A DNA stretch of 64,000 nt from positions 3,047,106 through 3,111,105 of the forward strand of contig CAVNZM010000003.1 of NCBI GenBank assembly GCA_963693365.1, read 5' to 3'. Below, one piece after another: positions 60,806 to 64,000 of this stretch (the first letter of the stretch is position 1; each line of letters opens with the position of its first letter). The notes under the pieces are model-generated. The model made no database searches. It was not told the origin of the DNA and worked only from the letters and a program-made list of their open reading frames with translations. Position numbers and translations under genes: made by a program. Origin of the DNA: Amoebidium appalachense (lineage: Eukaryota > Protista > Ichthyosporea).

Positions 60806-62775
60806 AAGGAAGAAGAAGAACCGACAAACCACACACCAACGCACACTTGCACACACCGTACTGATAGCATAGTTCCGGCCATACCTACACCATGATCCAT
60901 TTATACCTCAAACCTTGGCCATGGCCCACACAGCTGGTGTGTGTTTTATCCAGGCACATTTTTTCACGTGGTGCTGGGATTGCTGATTGACAATGCACAG
61001 CCTTGCGCTAGTGGGGGCCACAGATCTGGATGCAGACAAGAAGGAGCTGCTGTACTGCCAGTTCCAGGTCGGTGGTTGGGGTGCATGTTGGGAGATTTTT
61101 GTGAAGGTGTTTTTGTGTGTGCGGAGGAGTGGGTTCAAGGTTTGCGTGCTCTTGTGTTATGGTGTGTGCATGCACATGTGTGTGAAGGTGTGTGGCATGC
61201 ATGGGTGTGTTAAGGTGTGTGCATGCATGGGTGTGTTAAGGTGTGTGCATGTATGGGTGTGTTAAGGTGTGTGCTTGCATGGGTGTGTTAAGGTGTGTGC
61301 TTGCATGGGTGTGTTAAGGTGTGTGCTTGCATGGGTGTGTTAAGGTGTGTGCATGCATGGGTGTGTTAAGGTGTGTGCATGCATGGGTGTGTTAGGGTGT
61401 GTGCATGTATGGGTGTGTTAAGGTGTGTGCATGTATGGGTGTGTTAAGGTGTGTGCATGCATGGGTGTGTTAAGGTGTGTGCATGCATGGGTGTGTTAAG
61501 GTGTGTGCATGCATGGGTGTGTTAAGGTGTGTGCATGCATGGGTGTGTTAAGGTGTGTGCATGCATGGGTGTGTTAAGGTGTGTGCATGCATGGGTGTGT
61601 TAAGGTGTGTGCATGCATGGGTGTGTTAAGGTGTGTGCATGTATGGGTGTGTTAAGGTGTGTGCATGCATGGGTGTGTTAAGGTGTGTGCATGCATGGGT
61701 GTGTTAAGGTGTGTGCATGTATGGGTGTGTTAAGGTGTGTGCATGCATGGGTGTGTTAAGGTGTGTGCATGCATGGGTGTGTTAAGGTGTGTGCTGCATG
61801 TATGGGTGTGTTAAGGTGTGTGCATGCATGGGTGTGTTAAGGTGTGTGCATGTATGGGTGTGTTTAAGTGTGTGCTTGCATGGGTGTGTTAAGGTGTGTG
61901 CTTGCATGGGTGTGTTAAGGTGTGTGCATGCATGGGTGTGTTAAGGTGTGTGCATGCATGGGTGTGTTAAGGTGTGTGCATGTATGGGTGTGTTAAGGTG
62001 TGTGCTTGCATGGGTGTGTTAAGGTGTGTGCTTGCATGGGTGTGTTAAGGTGTGTGCATGTATGGGTGTGTTAAGGTGTGTGCTTGCATGGGTGTGTGGG
62101 TGTGTACCTCCGTGGGTGTGTTTGGGTGTGTGCATGCATGGATGTGTGTGGGTGTGTGCATGCATGTGTATGTGCATGCATGTACCTGCATGTGTATGGG
62201 CAGGTGCTACGCATCGGTGTGCCCATTCCCTGTGCAGCAGCTGGTGCTGCCATGGCCACGTGCTGAACGTGCCTTTTGCAGTACTCTGTGTACGGGCAGG
62301 GCCAGAGCATCTTCCGAGAGGGGGAGTTTGGCACGGAGATGTTTGTGCTGGCCGTGGGGGAGGTGGAGATGGCAAAGGAGCTTGTGCACGTGTACACACA
62401 CATCGACCCAGGTATGCCTGCCTGCCATGTGCGTGTGTAGAGGGTGTGTGTGTGTGTGTTCCGTTGAGGCTCAAATGTATGCAAGAGGGAAGGAGGGGTG
62501 GAGGTGCAGAGCGCTATTTGCACGTGCCCTGTGTGTCTGCTCACGTGCCATGTGCAGACAACCCCGAGCCATCTGCGCCCGAGGTGCGGCGCTATGTGTC
62601 GGGGGAGTACTTTGGGGAGTTCAGCCTGTGCATGAATCTGCCCCGGCTGGCTTCAGCCACGTGCACCGCCCCCACCCTGCTGCTGCGCCTGGGCGGCCAG
62701 GAGCTACTGAAGATCTTGAAGCTGGTGCCTGAGATGAGAAAGACTTGGAAGGTGGGGGGGGGGGGGGGGGGGGGA

Positions 62776-62809
<34 letters not shown>

Positions 62810-63764
62810 GGATGGCTGTGAACCCTGGTCACCATATGGGTGGTGTGATGTTGGTGGCTGTTGGTGTGTGTAGATGAGGTGTGGGTGCATGGCCAAGGGA
62901 GAGAGATAGGGTTGGGTTGGGGGGTGGGGGGGGGGGGGGTGGGGGGGAAATACTGTGGGGGGTGGGGGGTGGGGGGAGGGGGAGGGGGGAGACTGTACTA
63001 GTCAATGTAGGGAGGGGGGAGAGATTGGGGGGGGGAAGACTGTAAATGGGGGGGGGGGGGGGGGGGGGTTTCTTAAAGTTGTGACGGATGATAGGAGCAT
63101 CTGTTTCTCTATGCCGGAGGCAAGATAGTGTTGGCATGGTGGAACTTCGTCAGGCCTATATGAGCATGCACGTGCATTCATAGATGTGTACATGGCTACG
63201 TGTGGAGCCCTACCTAGTGTTGGGTGTACGTTTGGCTGTGCATGTAAGTGGATGTGTTTGAACCAATGGCTTGCCGATGCTGCCAGCAGGTGTCCACCCA
63301 CGGTGTGCCCCATGCATGAGTCGTTAATGTGTGTGTGGGCTGGCACATGTTTGCGTTTTTGCCCACCATGCAGGTGTGAGATACTTATGTGGCTAACTAA
63401 GTTGCGGCTATAGTGAGAGTGCTGACAGTGGGCCCACAGGCATCATTTGAGGCCACCGTCAAGGCACGTGTGCTTGCCCAGCTGCAGGAGTTTGAGGTGC
63501 CCTTCCTGGCTGAGTTTGGTGACAAGGTACATGGCGTGCTGCTGCATGTTGCATGGTTTGCCTCAAGACGGCAGCCCGTATGTGGGCACACACTGGTGCA
63601 GTCCCCATGCATGCCTTCACATGATGGCATAATCATGACAACAACCCAATCGCATAGCATGCACGCGCACTGACCCACGTGTGCAGGAGTACAGCCGCAT
63701 GGCCGAGCTGACGCAGCTGCAGCACATGCTCAAGGACCAGGTGGTCTTTGCCGAGGGCTCAAAG
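58333..63764 (+). CDS. Protein with at least three cyclic-nucleotide-binding domains; continues beyond the window
   Basis: YQKGDTIHAQG...LTLVVEGSV; YGQGQSIFREGEFGTEMFVLAVGEV...GEYFGEFSLCMNLPRLASATC; a third repeat begins VPFLAEF...KDQVVFAEGSK. Confidence 0.8.
61180..62092. repeat. 26-bp intronic satellite (GTGTGTTAAGGTGTGTGCATGCATGG), ~35 copies
   Basis: Highly homogeneous tandem array. Confidence 0.95.
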
Positions 63765-64000
63765 GTGAGCACTATGTGTGCCTGGGCTGTTGGTTGCTGG
63801 GGGGGGGGGGGGGGGGAGAGGGGGGAGGCAAACTGGTGCACGTATTATTGGATGCAGGGGGAGGGGGGAAGTGGGCCGAAATGTTTTTGTATGTGCTATT
63901 GGGTCGGGGGGGGGGGGGGGGGGGGCAAGTCGGATGCAGGGGGGCGGGGAGGTGGGGGGAGGCGGAGGCCAAGTTGTGCTTGTACGTGCTAATGCATGCA

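Overview
Eukaryotic, GC-rich, very intron-dense DNA. The gene set is cyclin Y, a syntenin-like tandem-PDZ protein, ERH, TIMMDC1 and an ETAA1-like protein, together with a non-animal (fungal/bacterial-type) transketolase. This points to a unicellular holozoan such as an ichthyosporean, which is an inference. Eleven genes were reconstructed by hand from GT-AG exons. In order: a Chlamydia-type tRNA-guanine transglycosylase (-, partial), transketolase (+), ETAA1-like (-), ERH (+), TIMMDC1-like (-), AP-1/2 beta adaptin (+), cyclin Y (-), intronless syntenin-like (+), SART3/Prp24 (-), eIF3L (+) and a multi-cNMP-binding-domain protein (+, partial). The first ten form five consecutive head-to-head pairs. 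Introns carry poly-G/C, (GT)n, minisatellites and at least three small TIR elements. The most unusual signal is that several intronic tandem repeats are amplified copies of the splice junctions themselves. The clearest case is an array of about 20 units, each branch point + AG + exon start, in the last cyclin Y intron. Most ORF-track entries are low-complexity artefacts. Protein family calls rest on remembered motifs, not database searches.
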